This document shows positions 20,828 to 32,203 of a stretch of 64,000 nt of DNA, in pieces. The stretch is from an uncultured Chlamydiae bacterium. Its GTDB lineage: Bacteria > Chlamydiota > Chlamydiia > Chlamydiales > SM23-39. The position numbers and the translations under genes were made by a program. How positions within the stretch are numbered: position 1 is the first letter of the stretch; every line of letters starts with the position of its first letter. The stretch lies in assembly GCA_963730605.1 (NCBI GenBank), contig CAVSSM010000001.1, positions 224,001 through 288,000 on the forward strand. The letters are read 5' to 3'. The notes under the pieces are model-generated. The model was given only the letters and a program-made list of their open reading frames with translations, did not search any database and was not told the origin of the DNA.

Positions 20828-21790
20828 TTACTCTTGCAAGTGTTTGAATATGACTTCGGCATTGCTGCGGGCCACCTCGAGATAGGGCCGCCCCCCCGTC
20901 GAATCGCCGTAAAGAGCATCTTTGCAAAGCCGTACCTCGAATCCCTGCTCGCGGCACGCGGATGCGATTTTAGCGACCGCATCGCGGCTCACGTTCGATT
21001 CGGGAAATACGACGCTCACCTGATGCTCGCGAAGAAAATCGATCGTGCGCCGAATGTCGGCCGGGTTGAGCTGGCCGTCCGGAGCCAGCCCTTCGGGCGC
21101 GGTGAACCGTCTCGGCCAATCTGCCTCTCCCGCCTCGGCCAAATAACTTCTAACGAAATAGCGAAACGCATCGTGGCTCGTCACAAGAAAACGGCGGCTT
21201 TCCGGAATTTTATGTAAAAGATCCCTCATGTAGATATGCGTGCTTTCCATCTCCTTTTCCAATAAAGCCGCCCGGGCTTGGTAGTACGCCGATCCCTCGG
21301 GGTCCGCGATCGTTAGTTTTTCGGCGATTCGCGCAGCCGCTCTTTGCCATAGCGACACATCCATCCATATGTGGGGGTCGGAAACTCCGTTCCTCTCCAA
21401 AATTTCATCAGGCGCTACCCTGCGGATCTCATCGCCTAGAGCCGCCGCTTTCGGACTCGATTTCAGAAGGGCAAAGAGGCCGGCCCCGTGCTCCAGTCCT
21501 AGGCCATTGTATAGGATCAGATCGGCCCTAGAAAACTTCTCCGCATCCCCTTTCACGAGTTCGTAGCTATGGGGGTCCATTTCGCCTGGAACAAGAACTA
21601 AGCTATCGACCCGCTCCCCGCCGACTGCCGCAGCAAGATCTCCGATCTGGGCAATTGTAGAAAGAATTTTTATTTTACCATTTTCACTCATCCATTCTGT
21701 AAGAGGAGATGCAGATTTTTTTTGAGCGCAGGAAACGGTCATCATCACGATGAAGAGGGCCAAAAGAATATTTTTTATTACGGTGGTCAT
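20828..21790 (-). CDS. ytgA: Metal ABC substrate-binding lipoprotein YtgA/TroA
   Basis: Lipobox TVSC, DPHSYE, NGLGLE, DPHIW and HDAF. Confidence 0.93.
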   Translation of the reverse strand: MTTVIKNILLALFIVMMTVSCAQKKSASPLTEWMSENGKIKILSTIAQIGDLAAAVGGERVDSLVLVPGEMDPHSYELVKGDAEKFSRADLILYNGLGLEHGAGLFALLKSSPKAAALGDEIRRVAPDEILERNGVSDPHIWMDVSLWQRAAARIAEKLTIADPEGSAYYQARAALLEKEMESTHIYMRDLLHKIPESRRFLVTSHDAFRYFVRSYLAEAGEADWPRRFTAPEGLAPDGQLNPADIRRTIDFLREHQVSVVFPESNVSRDAVAKIASACREQGFEVRLCKDALYGDSTGGRPYLEVARSNAEVIFKHLQE

Positions 21791-21855
21791 ATTTCAATCT
21801 CTATGAATGAAGAATAGAGCTTAACAAAGATGAAAAAAAGAAAAAATGCAAATTC

Positions 21856-21884
21856 TTGCAAAAAATACAGAGCCTTTATATAAT
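21856..21884 (+). promoter_or_regulatory. Putative sigma70/sigma66 promoter
   Basis: TTGCAA-17 nt-TATAAT. Confidence 0.6.
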
Positions 21885-21970
21885 CCCCAATAATTTCCGG
21901 AACCATAGGAGATCGCCGAAGAGGAAATAGAAATTAATTCCATCGGTTAGATCATAAACCTTTTTCCGAA

Positions 21971-22007
21971 CCGGGGTCCCCAAAAACGCATCGTTTTTGG
22001 GGTGGGG
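21971..22007 (+). repeat. 37-bp REP-like hairpin (second copy at 46935-46971)
   Basis: CCGGGGTCCCCAAAAACGCATCGTTTTTGGGGTGGGG; three differences from the other copy. Confidence 0.8.
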
Positions 22008-22073
22008 AGAAATAGAATTAACAACTCCAGGAGCATGAGGCTCCTCGTTAAATTTAAATTTAGGATGGTATTC

Positions 22074-22607
22074 ATGAGCGTATTAAACAAAGAAACAGAC
22101 ACAAAAGCAATGAAAGGCGCCAAAGATATTGAAGATGTAATAGCCAGGGCGATCAAAAAAGTCAGTGCTAAAAAAGAAAATGAGCTCTGTAAATATCTCC
22201 CTATGAAATCAGGGGGCTATATGCACCACTTCACTTTGAAAAAAATGAAGAACAAACAACCCTCCGAACTGGCCAGCATCATCGAACGCCACGTCGTCCA
22301 GGCTGATAAACCCGCCGTGATCGCTCCAAAGCAAAGAGCCGCCCGGGGATCCCGCAAGCGCCGCGAACACATGAACTTCACGAGGATTCAACTCGAGCGG
22401 ATGCTCAACATTGCCCGTTTGGCCGGCGACAAAGAAATTATTACCATTCTGAGCCCGAGAAAATCGGTTTCGACCTGCAAAAGAGAATTGATCCAATCCA
22501 TCCGCCACAATAAGATCGAATCTGAACTCTGGAACAGCTATGTCGAGTCGATACAGGCTCAGCAGGCGATCCACGCAGATCCATCTCTCGTGCTGAACCA
22601 CAACTAA
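22074..22607 (+). CDS. Conserved chlamydial hypothetical protein (CT066-like)
   Basis: ELCKYLPMKSGGYMHHFTLKKMK. Position between ytgA and npt1 as in Chlamydia. Confidence 0.75.
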   Translation: MSVLNKETDTKAMKGAKDIEDVIARAIKKVSAKKENELCKYLPMKSGGYMHHFTLKKMKNKQPSELASIIERHVVQADKPAVIAPKQRAARGSRKRREHMNFTRIQLERMLNIARLAGDKEIITILSPRKSVSTCKRELIQSIRHNKIESELWNSYVESIQAQQAIHADPSLVLNHN

Positions 22608-22761
22608 TTTTTTTCCTTCCCTTTAGGCAAAATCCCTGAGGTCTCAATAATCTCGGGGTTTTTTTCGCTTGCATTTTAAGACGATCGGCGTATGATGTCA
22701 GGTTGGAAAGTTAAAGAGCTATCCAATTAGAAACATTAAGAATTTTTCTGAGGACAAACTG

Positions 22762-24342
22762 ATGTCGCAACCCGCAACGAAAGAATTTGGGAAATGGCGC
22801 TCTCTTCTCTGGCCCATCCACGGTTTCGAGCTGAAGAAGTTTCTGCCCATGTTCTTTCTATTTTTCTTTATCAACTTCAACTACACGATCTTAAGAGACA
22901 CGAAAGACACGCTGATCGTAACGGCGACTGGCGCCGAAACGATCCCCTTCTTGAAATTCTGGGGAGTCGTGCCGGGCGCGATCATTTTCATGCTTATTTT
23001 CACTAAGTTGAGCAATATAGTGAAGCGCGAACACCTCTTCATGGGCCTGATGGCCACCTTCGGCATATTCTTCGGCATTTACGCCCTCGCCCTTTATCCG
23101 AACCGGGAGGCTATTTCCCCGATCGCCATGACGAACTGGATGTATGAGCATTTCCCGCAAGGATTACGCGGAATGATCGGAATGATCCGATACTGGCCCT
23201 CCTCGCTCTTTTACATCATGGCCGAATTGTGGGGCTCCGCTGCCATTTCCCTCCTTTTCTGGGGATTTGCGAACCAGATCACCAAAGTCGCTGAATCGAA
23301 GCGCTTCTACGCCCTTTTTGGAATCGGCGCCAACATCGCTATGTTCCCCTCGGGCATGCTCATCAAAAAATTCGCTAACATCAAAGACACCCTCTCAACT
23401 GGAGTGGATCCATGGGGTGTCACGCTTCTCTATACGATGAGCGCCGTCATGGTCGCTTGCGCCGCCGCGATCGCGATCTATTGGTGGATCAATAAAGAAG
23501 TTTTAACCGATGCCCGTTTCTATGATCCGAACGAGGTCAAAAAAGACAAGAAATCGAAGCCGAAAATGTCGATCAAGGAGAGCATGCTCTACCTTTTGAA
23601 ATCCCCCTACCTCGGCTGTATTGCGATGCTCGTGATCGGGTACGGGATGTCGATCAACCTCGTCGAAGTGACCTGGAAAAAACAGTTGAACATGCAATAT
23701 CCTAACCCGAACGACTATCAGAACTTCATGGGAAGTTTCTCGATGGTTACCGGGGCTTTGACCATCTTCATGATGCTGTTCGTCGGCGGCAACGTGATCA
23801 GGAAGCTCGGTTGGGGAGTTGGAGCTCTTTTTACTCCAGTGATCCTGACAGTCACAGGGCTTGCGTTCTTCACCTTCGTCATTTTCAACGAACAACTCGG
23901 CGGGTTCATCGCAATGTTCGGAACCTCTCCTCTCATGCTGGCTGTCATATTCGGTATGATCCAGAACGTGATGTCGAAGGCGACCAAGTATTCGATGTTC
24001 GACCCGACCAAAGAGATGGCCTACATCCCCCTTGACTCAGAAGTGAAACTCAAGGGAAAGGCCGCGATCGACGTCGTCGGGGCTCGCCTCGGCAAATCGG
24101 GCGGATCGCTCGTTCAGCAGGGCTTGCTGATCTTGTTCAATGCCGCGAGCATTGTTCAGGTGGCGCCTTATATCGCCCTGATTCTCGTTCTTGTATTAGC
24201 TGGGTGGATCGTTGCTGTCCGTGCCCTGAACCGTCGCTTTACCGCCCTTTCAGCTGAAAAGGAGAAAGAAGCTGCGGCTGAAAAAGCAGCTCCTGCGATT
24301 GAGTCCCGCGGAAAAGCGGAAGCCATCACTTCTCACCGCTAA
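22762..24342 (+). CDS. npt1: ATP/ADP translocase (NTT/TLC family)
   Basis: ELKKFLPM, NYTILRDTKD, LFWGFANQIT, KEMAYIPLD and GKAAIDVVGARLGKSGG. Confidence 0.95.
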   Translation: MSQPATKEFGKWRSLLWPIHGFELKKFLPMFFLFFFINFNYTILRDTKDTLIVTATGAETIPFLKFWGVVPGAIIFMLIFTKLSNIVKREHLFMGLMATFGIFFGIYALALYPNREAISPIAMTNWMYEHFPQGLRGMIGMIRYWPSSLFYIMAELWGSAAISLLFWGFANQITKVAESKRFYALFGIGANIAMFPSGMLIKKFANIKDTLSTGVDPWGVTLLYTMSAVMVACAAAIAIYWWINKEVLTDARFYDPNEVKKDKKSKPKMSIKESMLYLLKSPYLGCIAMLVIGYGMSINLVEVTWKKQLNMQYPNPNDYQNFMGSFSMVTGALTIFMMLFVGGNVIRKLGWGVGALFTPVILTVTGLAFFTFVIFNEQLGGFIAMFGTSPLMLAVIFGMIQNVMSKATKYSMFDPTKEMAYIPLDSEVKLKGKAAIDVVGARLGKSGGSLVQQGLLILFNAASIVQVAPYIALILVLVLAGWIVAVRALNRRFTALSAEKEKEAAAEKAAPAIESRGKAEAITSHR

Positions 24343-24366
24343 TTCGGGCAGTAGAAAAGAAGTGCG

Positions 24367-24398
24367 AAAGGTCTGGCCAAACGCCAGGCCTTTTTTTA
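24367..24398 (+). terminator. Rho-independent terminator after npt1
   Basis: AGGTCTGGC-CAAAC-GCCAGGCCT stem followed by a T-tract. Confidence 0.75.
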
Positions 24399-24410
24399 TC
24401 CCGAGAAGGC

Positions 24411-25439
24411 TCATGCGCGCTCAGCTAAGCCAACTCTCTTGTAGTGGAGCAGGATGGCGCGGCGAAGCGGGACGTTAAGGCAATTGGAGCGAAACCGGAT
24501 GACCCGCTCTTCGTCGCATTGATACCAGGTTCCATCCCTTTTCAAATAGGCGATGTAATGATCTCCAATCTCGCCATCGGGCCGCAGTTCGACGAAAGAG
24601 TCGAGCTCGTAAGAGACCCCCTCTGAGAAGGCAAAGTAGTGGCACTTTAGAGGGCAAGGGGCGCCTTTGAGCCCAACGAGGATCTCCGGAGGGCTTTCGC
24701 CTATTTTTTTTTTGAATGCCTCTTCGAAACGCTCGCGATCCGAATGCAGATTTTCCGTCCGATAGTGGCAGAGGACATGCCATTCCGGATGGAGGGCCAC
24801 CGGGTGGATCTCTCCCGGCAACTCAAAAAGGCAATGGGGAAACATCGCCTTCATCCATCCGCACAAGATCTCATAGAGTATCGGCTTCCCCTCTAGGAAA
24901 TGAGGAAGAAGTTTCCAAATCAAACAGCGGATGAGTTCCGCGCTATCGGCAGACGATACGGGACGATTTTCTTCCTGGTCCGTATAGTACTGGTCGGCAA
25001 ACTCCCGAAGAGGTTGAAAACTTCTTGGGATCAAAGAAAAGAGATCCCATGACCCGGGCAAAAACAGAAGGAACTGGACAAGGCTGTTGATCCAGTTGTA
25101 GGGTTCGCAGCGGTGCAAACCGATGGGAATCCGTTTTGTTGCGACACGGTGTGAGGGAGGAGGAAGGCGCCGCTTGGCTGGCATCAACTGGATCCGCTCC
25201 TCCCTCTTTTTTTTAGGGAAGCGGAGTGACGAGAGGATGCCGATCACAACCCTTGGAGCGGTCGCCGAAGGAAAAAGGGCCCCGGGTTTTCCCTCCATTG
25301 CTGCCACGATCTGCTGCTGCACTAACGTCTTGATTTTCGAATCGGTGGGCTTTTTAATCTGGCGGAACTGCCAATCCCTCTCTTCCGGGAAAGCATTTGA
25401 CAACGCTAAGATCGACTGGACCGTGAGATCGGCCGGCAT
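24411..25439 (-). CDS. USP (peptidase C19)-like protein with degenerate Cys box
   Basis: GL...NWINSLVQFL resembles the Cys box. YELDSFVE..DHYIAYLK..WYQCDEERV resembles the His box. Confidence 0.65.
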   Translation of the reverse strand: MPADLTVQSILALSNAFPEERDWQFRQIKKPTDSKIKTLVQQQIVAAMEGKPGALFPSATAPRVVIGILSSLRFPKKKREERIQLMPAKRRLPPPSHRVATKRIPIGLHRCEPYNWINSLVQFLLFLPGSWDLFSLIPRSFQPLREFADQYYTDQEENRPVSSADSAELIRCLIWKLLPHFLEGKPILYEILCGWMKAMFPHCLFELPGEIHPVALHPEWHVLCHYRTENLHSDRERFEEAFKKKIGESPPEILVGLKGAPCPLKCHYFAFSEGVSYELDSFVELRPDGEIGDHYIAYLKRDGTWYQCDEERVIRFRSNCLNVPLRRAILLHYKRVGLAERA

Positions 25440-25556
25440 TTTAAAAAATCCTTATAGTTGAGGTTAAGGGAATTTAAAGCTACGTCAAATTAATGGCAAT
25501 TATTTTTAAAGTCCCTCCCTTGAAAAGATCTGGAGGGTCCATTAATATCCATGGTC

Positions 25557-27366
<1,810 letters not shown>

Positions 27367-27476
27367 AAATTAAATTGAAGAATCGGGCTGCGATGGCGCG
27401 TCCGCTCTGCTCACGTCGCACATCGCAGAACCAGGTAAAGTCTTATCAACTTATACTGTATGTTCGAACGAGTTTG

Positions 27477-27640
27477 AAATGGATGAAAGGGAGAGTAATA
27501 TAACATATATCGGGAATTCGAGGACTTCCATAGAGCAATCTTCGGGTTCCTGTGCACACTCTCAACTCTTGATCCGGGATCGTCCATAGGCAGAACATTT
27601 GCTTCCCGGATTAGAAACCATTTTCAGGCCGATCGGATCT
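27477..27640 (+). pseudogene. Degenerate IS630 transposase C-terminal remnant
   Basis: KWMKGRVI..EFEDFHRAIFGFLCTL..GRTFASRIRNHF aligns by eye to KWMKERVV..FEDFRGAILGFF..GRDLRSRVRDKF of the 16245 transposase. Confidence 0.7.
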
Positions 27641-27681
27641 CCTGTCTATCCATAGAAGCGTTTACTGCAAAAGAATCTAGT

Positions 27682-28018
27682 AACCTGAGTTTTGGGTTCA
27701 TTTGTCTATCTCGACTTTGTACAATTTTGTGACGGCATCTCCGATAGAATCGCTGGCCCTTTTTTCCTTTTTTTGCTCATAAATAGTGCCTTCGGCTATG
27801 AATTTCGCAAAAAAAGAAAAAAATTGCAGAGCGCTTCCTCTGGATCTGCTCGCCAAAAATTGTACAAAGTCGAGTCTATGAGATTCAAGGATATTTCGAG
27901 CATATTTTTGCGCTTTGGAGCCGAGAGCAATATCGGGACGAGCATCTTGCCGAGGCGAAAAGTCAAAAAGATGCCGAAAGAAATTGAAGCTCAGGCAAAT
28001 GAACCCAAAACTCAGGTT
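27682..28018. mobile_element. MITE family D, containing a family A insertion
   Basis: TIR AACCTGAGTTTTGGGTTCATTTG...CAAATGAACCCAAAACTCAGGTT, flanked by AGT. Confidence 0.85.
27710..27874. mobile_element. MITE family A, copy 2 (165 bp, TSD TCTAT)
   Basis: Near-identical to 8076-8240. TCTAT at 27705-27709 and 27875-27879. Confidence 0.93.
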
Positions 28019-28091
28019 AGTAGCACTGCGATGTGCGACGTGAGCGAAGCGAACACGCCATTGCAGCCCGATTCTTCATTGATTATCTGGA

Positions 28092-29537
28092 TCAGACGTT
28101 ATATGTGCTCGAGCTGACGTCCCCGCCCTTGCCTGTCCAGTTCGTATGGAAAAATTGGCCGCGCGGTTTGTCGGTCCGCTCATAAGTATGGGCGCCGAAA
28201 TAGTCCCGTTGGGCCTGTATTAGGTTCGCAGGCAACCTTGCGCTCCTATAGCCGTCAAAGAAAGATAGCGCGGTGGAAAAACAGGGTAAAGGGATGCCCG
28301 CCAAGGCCCCTTCCGACACCACTTTTCTCCACGAAGGGGCCGCAGAGGTAATTTCTCCAATGAAGAACGGGTCGACGAGTAAACTGGCGAGCTTGGGATT
28401 TTGATCGTAGGCATGCTTGATCTTATTCAAAAACCGGCTCCGGATGATGCAGCCGCCGCGCCACATCAGGGCTACATTTCCGAAATTGAGGTTCCATTTA
28501 TTCTCGTCGGATGCGCTTTGCATCAGCATGAATCCTTGGGCATAGCTGATGATTTTAGAGGCGTAGAGGGCCTTTGCGATGCCGTCGGAATACTCTTTGC
28601 GGCTCTGCATTGGCGGCTGAGGAGGCTCTTTGTATAGGCGGCTTGCCGCTACCCGCTGGTCTTTCAATGATGAGAGGCAGCGAGCAAACACCGCTTCGCC
28701 GATCAAAGTCAGCGGCTGGCCGCGGTCAAGGGCATCGATCCCGGTCCATTTACCTGTCCCTTTTTGACCTGCGACATCCAAAATTTTCTCCAGAAGCGGT
28801 TTTCCGTCCGCATCGAGTTTATTGAAAATATCTGCCGTAATTTCGATGAGATAGCTATCCAAAGCCCCCTGGTTCCACTCAAGAAAGGTTTTGTGAAGTT
28901 CCGAATAGGTAAATTGGGCGCTTTTCAAAAGATCGTACGCTTCGCAAATCAGCTGCATATCGCCGTATTCGATCCCGTTATGGACCATTTTCACATAGTG
29001 GCCCGCCCCTCCGATCCCGACCCAATCGCAGCATGGGGCTCCGTCGTCGGAGCGAGCTGCAATCGCTTGAAAAATGGGTTTCACATGAGGCCAAGCGTCC
29101 GGATTACCGCCGGGCATAATCGATGGGCCATGGCGAGCTCCCTCTTCTCCTCCCGAAATCCCCGTTCCTATAAAGAGGATCCCCTTTTCCTTGAGAGCTT
29201 CGAATCTCCTCTGGCTGTCGGGAAAGTGGCTATTGCCCCCGTCGATGATGATGTCCCCTTTTTCCAAAAGGGGAACGAGTAGGTCGATAAATTCGTCGAC
29301 CGGATCTCCCGCCTTCACCATCAGCATAACCCGCCTTGGGCGTTTGAGAGCCGCCACGAACCCCTTGAGGTCGTGGGAGCCAGAGATCTTTTTGCCTTTG
29401 GCTGGACCTTTGAGAAAATCATCCACCTTGGAAACAGTGCGATTGTAAACCTGGACCACATAGCCGTGGTCTGCCATGTTGAGGACCAAGTTCTGCCCCA
29501 TCACAGCGAGGCCAATCAGCCCGATATCCGCTTGCAT
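28092..29537 (-). CDS. gnd: 6-phosphogluconate dehydrogenase (decarboxylating)
   Basis: IGLAVMGQNL, KMVHNGIEYGDMQ and QAQRDYFGAHTY. Confidence 0.97.
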   Translation of the reverse strand: MQADIGLIGLAVMGQNLVLNMADHGYVVQVYNRTVSKVDDFLKGPAKGKKISGSHDLKGFVAALKRPRRVMLMVKAGDPVDEFIDLLVPLLEKGDIIIDGGNSHFPDSQRRFEALKEKGILFIGTGISGGEEGARHGPSIMPGGNPDAWPHVKPIFQAIAARSDDGAPCCDWVGIGGAGHYVKMVHNGIEYGDMQLICEAYDLLKSAQFTYSELHKTFLEWNQGALDSYLIEITADIFNKLDADGKPLLEKILDVAGQKGTGKWTGIDALDRGQPLTLIGEAVFARCLSSLKDQRVAASRLYKEPPQPPMQSRKEYSDGIAKALYASKIISYAQGFMLMQSASDENKWNLNFGNVALMWRGGCIIRSRFLNKIKHAYDQNPKLASLLVDPFFIGEITSAAPSWRKVVSEGALAGIPLPCFSTALSFFDGYRSARLPANLIQAQRDYFGAHTYERTDKPRGQFFHTNWTGKGGDVSSSTYNV

Positions 29538-29603
29538 AGTTCCTCTCGTATTTACCTTGAGAGTAAGCGATCTGACCCATTATGATAAAGGACTTGAAAA
29601 AAT

Positions 29604-29676
29604 GTTCTCGTAGCTCAGTGGATAGAGCGGTCGCCTCCTAAGCGACAGGTCGCTGGTTCAACTCCAGCCGAGGACG
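29604..29676 (+). tRNA. tRNA-Arg(CCT)
   Basis: Acceptor GTTCTCG/CGAGGAC, D arm GCTCAGTGGATAGAGC, anticodon loop CTCCTAA, T loop GGTTCAACTCC. No encoded CCA. Confidence 0.93.
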
Positions 29677-29746
29677 AATCTCCGAGAGGGGCGCCTCTAG
29701 GTGCCCTCCTTTATTTGAAGTAGGATAAAAATAGGCAGGCGTAGCG

Positions 29747-30514
29747 ATGTCCCTTTCCCTTATATTTGCAATGTTTTCGTTTTCCTTAGCAATGTCAGTT
29801 TCTCCAGGACCTGTGAATATGATTATTCTTTCATCTGGTGTTGATTATGGTACAAAGAAAACAATCCCTTATGTTTCAGGGGCAACAATAGGCTTTACAT
29901 TGCTATTGCTTTTCGTAGGATTTTTTTAAAAAAATTTATCGAAGCATACCCGTTTCTGCTATCCTTCATTACTATTGCGGGAGTTTTATATATTATTTAC
30001 ATGGGCTATAAAATAGCTGCGTCACATCCTGAAATAAAAGTAAAAAAAGCGGATATTCCTAAATTTTACGAAGGCTTTTTGCTTCAATGGTTAAACCCTA
30101 AAGCATGGATTGCATGTGTATCTGGTGTTTCGATTTCTGAACCTATCCTCCAATTCTTCACGATCCCTTTACGGCACGCTTTTGGGCGCTTTTCGCGCCT
30201 CCGCCCTCGTAAAGATCACCGTCCCGATATTTACTTCGGGCGGTCGACGACGAAAAATCGCCTCAAAATCGACCATAAATGAATCATTAAGAATTGGAGG
30301 ATAGGTTCCTAGACATGAAAGTTCTGGAATTTTTTTAACATTCGTCAGTATCTACTTTGTTGTTTGTTATGCTTCACTGACTATTTGGGCATTTTTGGGG
30401 GAGAAAATTTCTTTTTTATTAAAGAGTCAATTTCGTTTACGTCTCTTTAATATTTTAACCGGCCTATTATTGATTGTAACAGCCATCTACATAGGTTACA
30501 CTCATTTCGCATAA
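29747..30514 (+). pseudogene. LysE/RhtB family exporter disrupted by a MITE (plus a homopolymer frameshift near 29925)
   Basis: SPGPVN and LQWLNPKAW. The frame continues to ..YTHFA* after removing the 30139-30308 element and one CT. Confidence 0.82.
30139..30308. mobile_element. MITE family E (170 bp, 2-bp TSD CT)
   Basis: 20-bp perfect TIR GAACCTATCCTCCAATTCTT. Confidence 0.88.
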
Positions 30515-30515
30515 C

Positions 30516-30680
30516 CTCGACTTTGTACAATTTTTGGCGAGCAGATCCAGAGGATTAGCGCTCTGCAATTTTTTTCTTTTTGCGAAATTCATAGCCGAAG
30601 GCACTATTTATGAGCAAAAAAAGGAAAAAAGGGCCAGCGATTCTCTCGGAGATGCCGTCACAAAATTGTACAAAGTCGAG
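30516..30680. mobile_element. MITE family A, copy 3 (inverted orientation, TSD ATAAC)
   Basis: Same TIR. ATAAC at 30511-30515 and 30681-30685, containing the lysE stop codon. Confidence 0.93.
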
Positions 30681-30827
30681 ATAACCAGAAAAGTCGTTGA
30701 ACAGATCAGCGCAAGAGGAAAATGCTAGACAAGGGCCAAAAAGCCTCTTAACTAAAAAGCTTCTTAACAAGGATCAGCGCAGAGAAAAATCTTGAGAGCC
30801 AAAATTTACAAGCGTAACCCCTCAGCA

Positions 30828-31883
30828 TCATAGCTCTTGTATGCCTCGAAAAATCGCAACTGCCAGAAGAGCGCACAGAACGATTCGAGGTATTGCATCT
30901 CTTATGCGAACCCTGTTTTCCTCTCTGAGATGCTGTTCCTGGAGCGGACGCTCCTGGTGCAATGCAATACGATGGCGCGCCTCGTCGATGAATCTATACG
31001 TACGGTCTCTCCAGTCTAGATTTTCAATCTCACGAGCGATAGGTGTAAATTCTTCCACGGTTAGTCCGCTGTTGCTGCGCGCCTCGACAAGGATGCCCAG
31101 CGTACTGTCCCTCAAGTATGGATGTTCAATCTGACCAGCGATACGTAAAATTTCTTCTACGGACATGTCCAGCAGCAAGTGACGTTTTCTTTTTAATACA
31201 CTTTCTTCTAGCTCTTGTCGGATGGCCCGATCAGGGATCAAATGAACGATTTGTAAAGCTTCCTCGATGGTTAGGTTTTTGCGAAACGCAACGGACTTTA
31301 GCACTGCGCTCCTGATCTCGTTTGGAAGGCGGCGAGCAATTTTTAACACTTTGACGAAAGGCACTTCTCGCCTTAAGAGGATTGAGCAGAATGCCCTCTC
31401 TTGATACGACGATCCATATGGAAGGGTTTGTGCGAGGATACATGCTTTTTCAAAATCTCCTTCCATGATTGCGATTGTTTCAAGATTTGCTATCTCGGAT
31501 CTGTGCATAGCGACATCCAGTCTTAGCAATACTGTTGCATCATTCATATCGGAGTAGAGTATCAGAGGTTGCTTTTCAAGGGAATTTGTGAGACTTCTGC
31601 TCGATTCTAGGTCGAGTTGCAGTTGCTGCCAGGTTGTTACTACGTGATTCAAAGGCAAATGAATCCCTTGAAATGGGCTGATCCGCATACGATCTTGTTC
31701 GACTCTCGCAAGACGTTCAAAAATACTTACGGGAAAAATATCTCTGCTCATTATCATCCTATGCAAAGTTTGGCAGGCCCGAGAGAACAGACCCAGATCT
31801 TTGCGGGAAAGAAACTTCGCAATGTTGAGCCAGATCTCTTCTGGAAGATAAAAATTCGGGATAACAGTAGGGGTAATAGACAT
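30828..31883 (-). CDS. F-box domain protein with C-terminal hydrophobic segment (candidate effector)
   Basis: LPEEIWLNIAKFLSRKDLGLFSRACQTLH is an F-box. Tail IPRIVLCALLAVAIF. Confidence 0.8.
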   Translation of the reverse strand: MSITPTVIPNFYLPEEIWLNIAKFLSRKDLGLFSRACQTLHRMIMSRDIFPVSIFERLARVEQDRMRISPFQGIHLPLNHVVTTWQQLQLDLESSRSLTNSLEKQPLILYSDMNDATVLLRLDVAMHRSEIANLETIAIMEGDFEKACILAQTLPYGSSYQERAFCSILLRREVPFVKVLKIARRLPNEIRSAVLKSVAFRKNLTIEEALQIVHLIPDRAIRQELEESVLKRKRHLLLDMSVEEILRIAGQIEHPYLRDSTLGILVEARSNSGLTVEEFTPIAREIENLDWRDRTYRFIDEARHRIALHQERPLQEQHLREENRVRIRDAIPRIVLCALLAVAIFRGIQEL

Positions 31884-31904
31884 ATGAAATCTCTTAAATT
31901 TGTT

Positions 31905-32203
31905 TTTAATTCGTTTGATTATATATCAGAGTGTATTTTAAGTCTATGAGCCTAAAATCGATTATCTTAATGCAGAGCTTCTTGAACCTATCTCTTCAGT
32001 TTCTTGAAGTAGTAATCAATGCCATCGGCGACGCCGCGGGCGATCTTGTTTTGGTAATCGAGAGATTTTAGGTTGACCCTCTCCTCCGGATTTGAGATGA
32101 ACCCCCCTTCGATCAGAACGGCGGGCATCGAAGTTTCCCGAAGGACGTAAAGGTTCCCCTTTTTCACGCCGCGAGAATGGGCGGAGGTGCGGCGAAGGAG
32201 TCT
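31905..32203. repeat. 299-bp direct repeat, copy 1 (contains duplicated amiA 3' end)
   Basis: Matches 34051-34349. The two copies abut the two IS1634 ends. Confidence 0.92.

Larger units (their letters stand above)
27376..28078. repeat. 53-bp imperfect inverted repeat pair (27376-27428 / 28026-28078) enclosing nested elements
   Basis: 48/53 match. Each arm is itself a hairpin (CTGCGATG...CATCGCAG). Confidence 0.8.
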
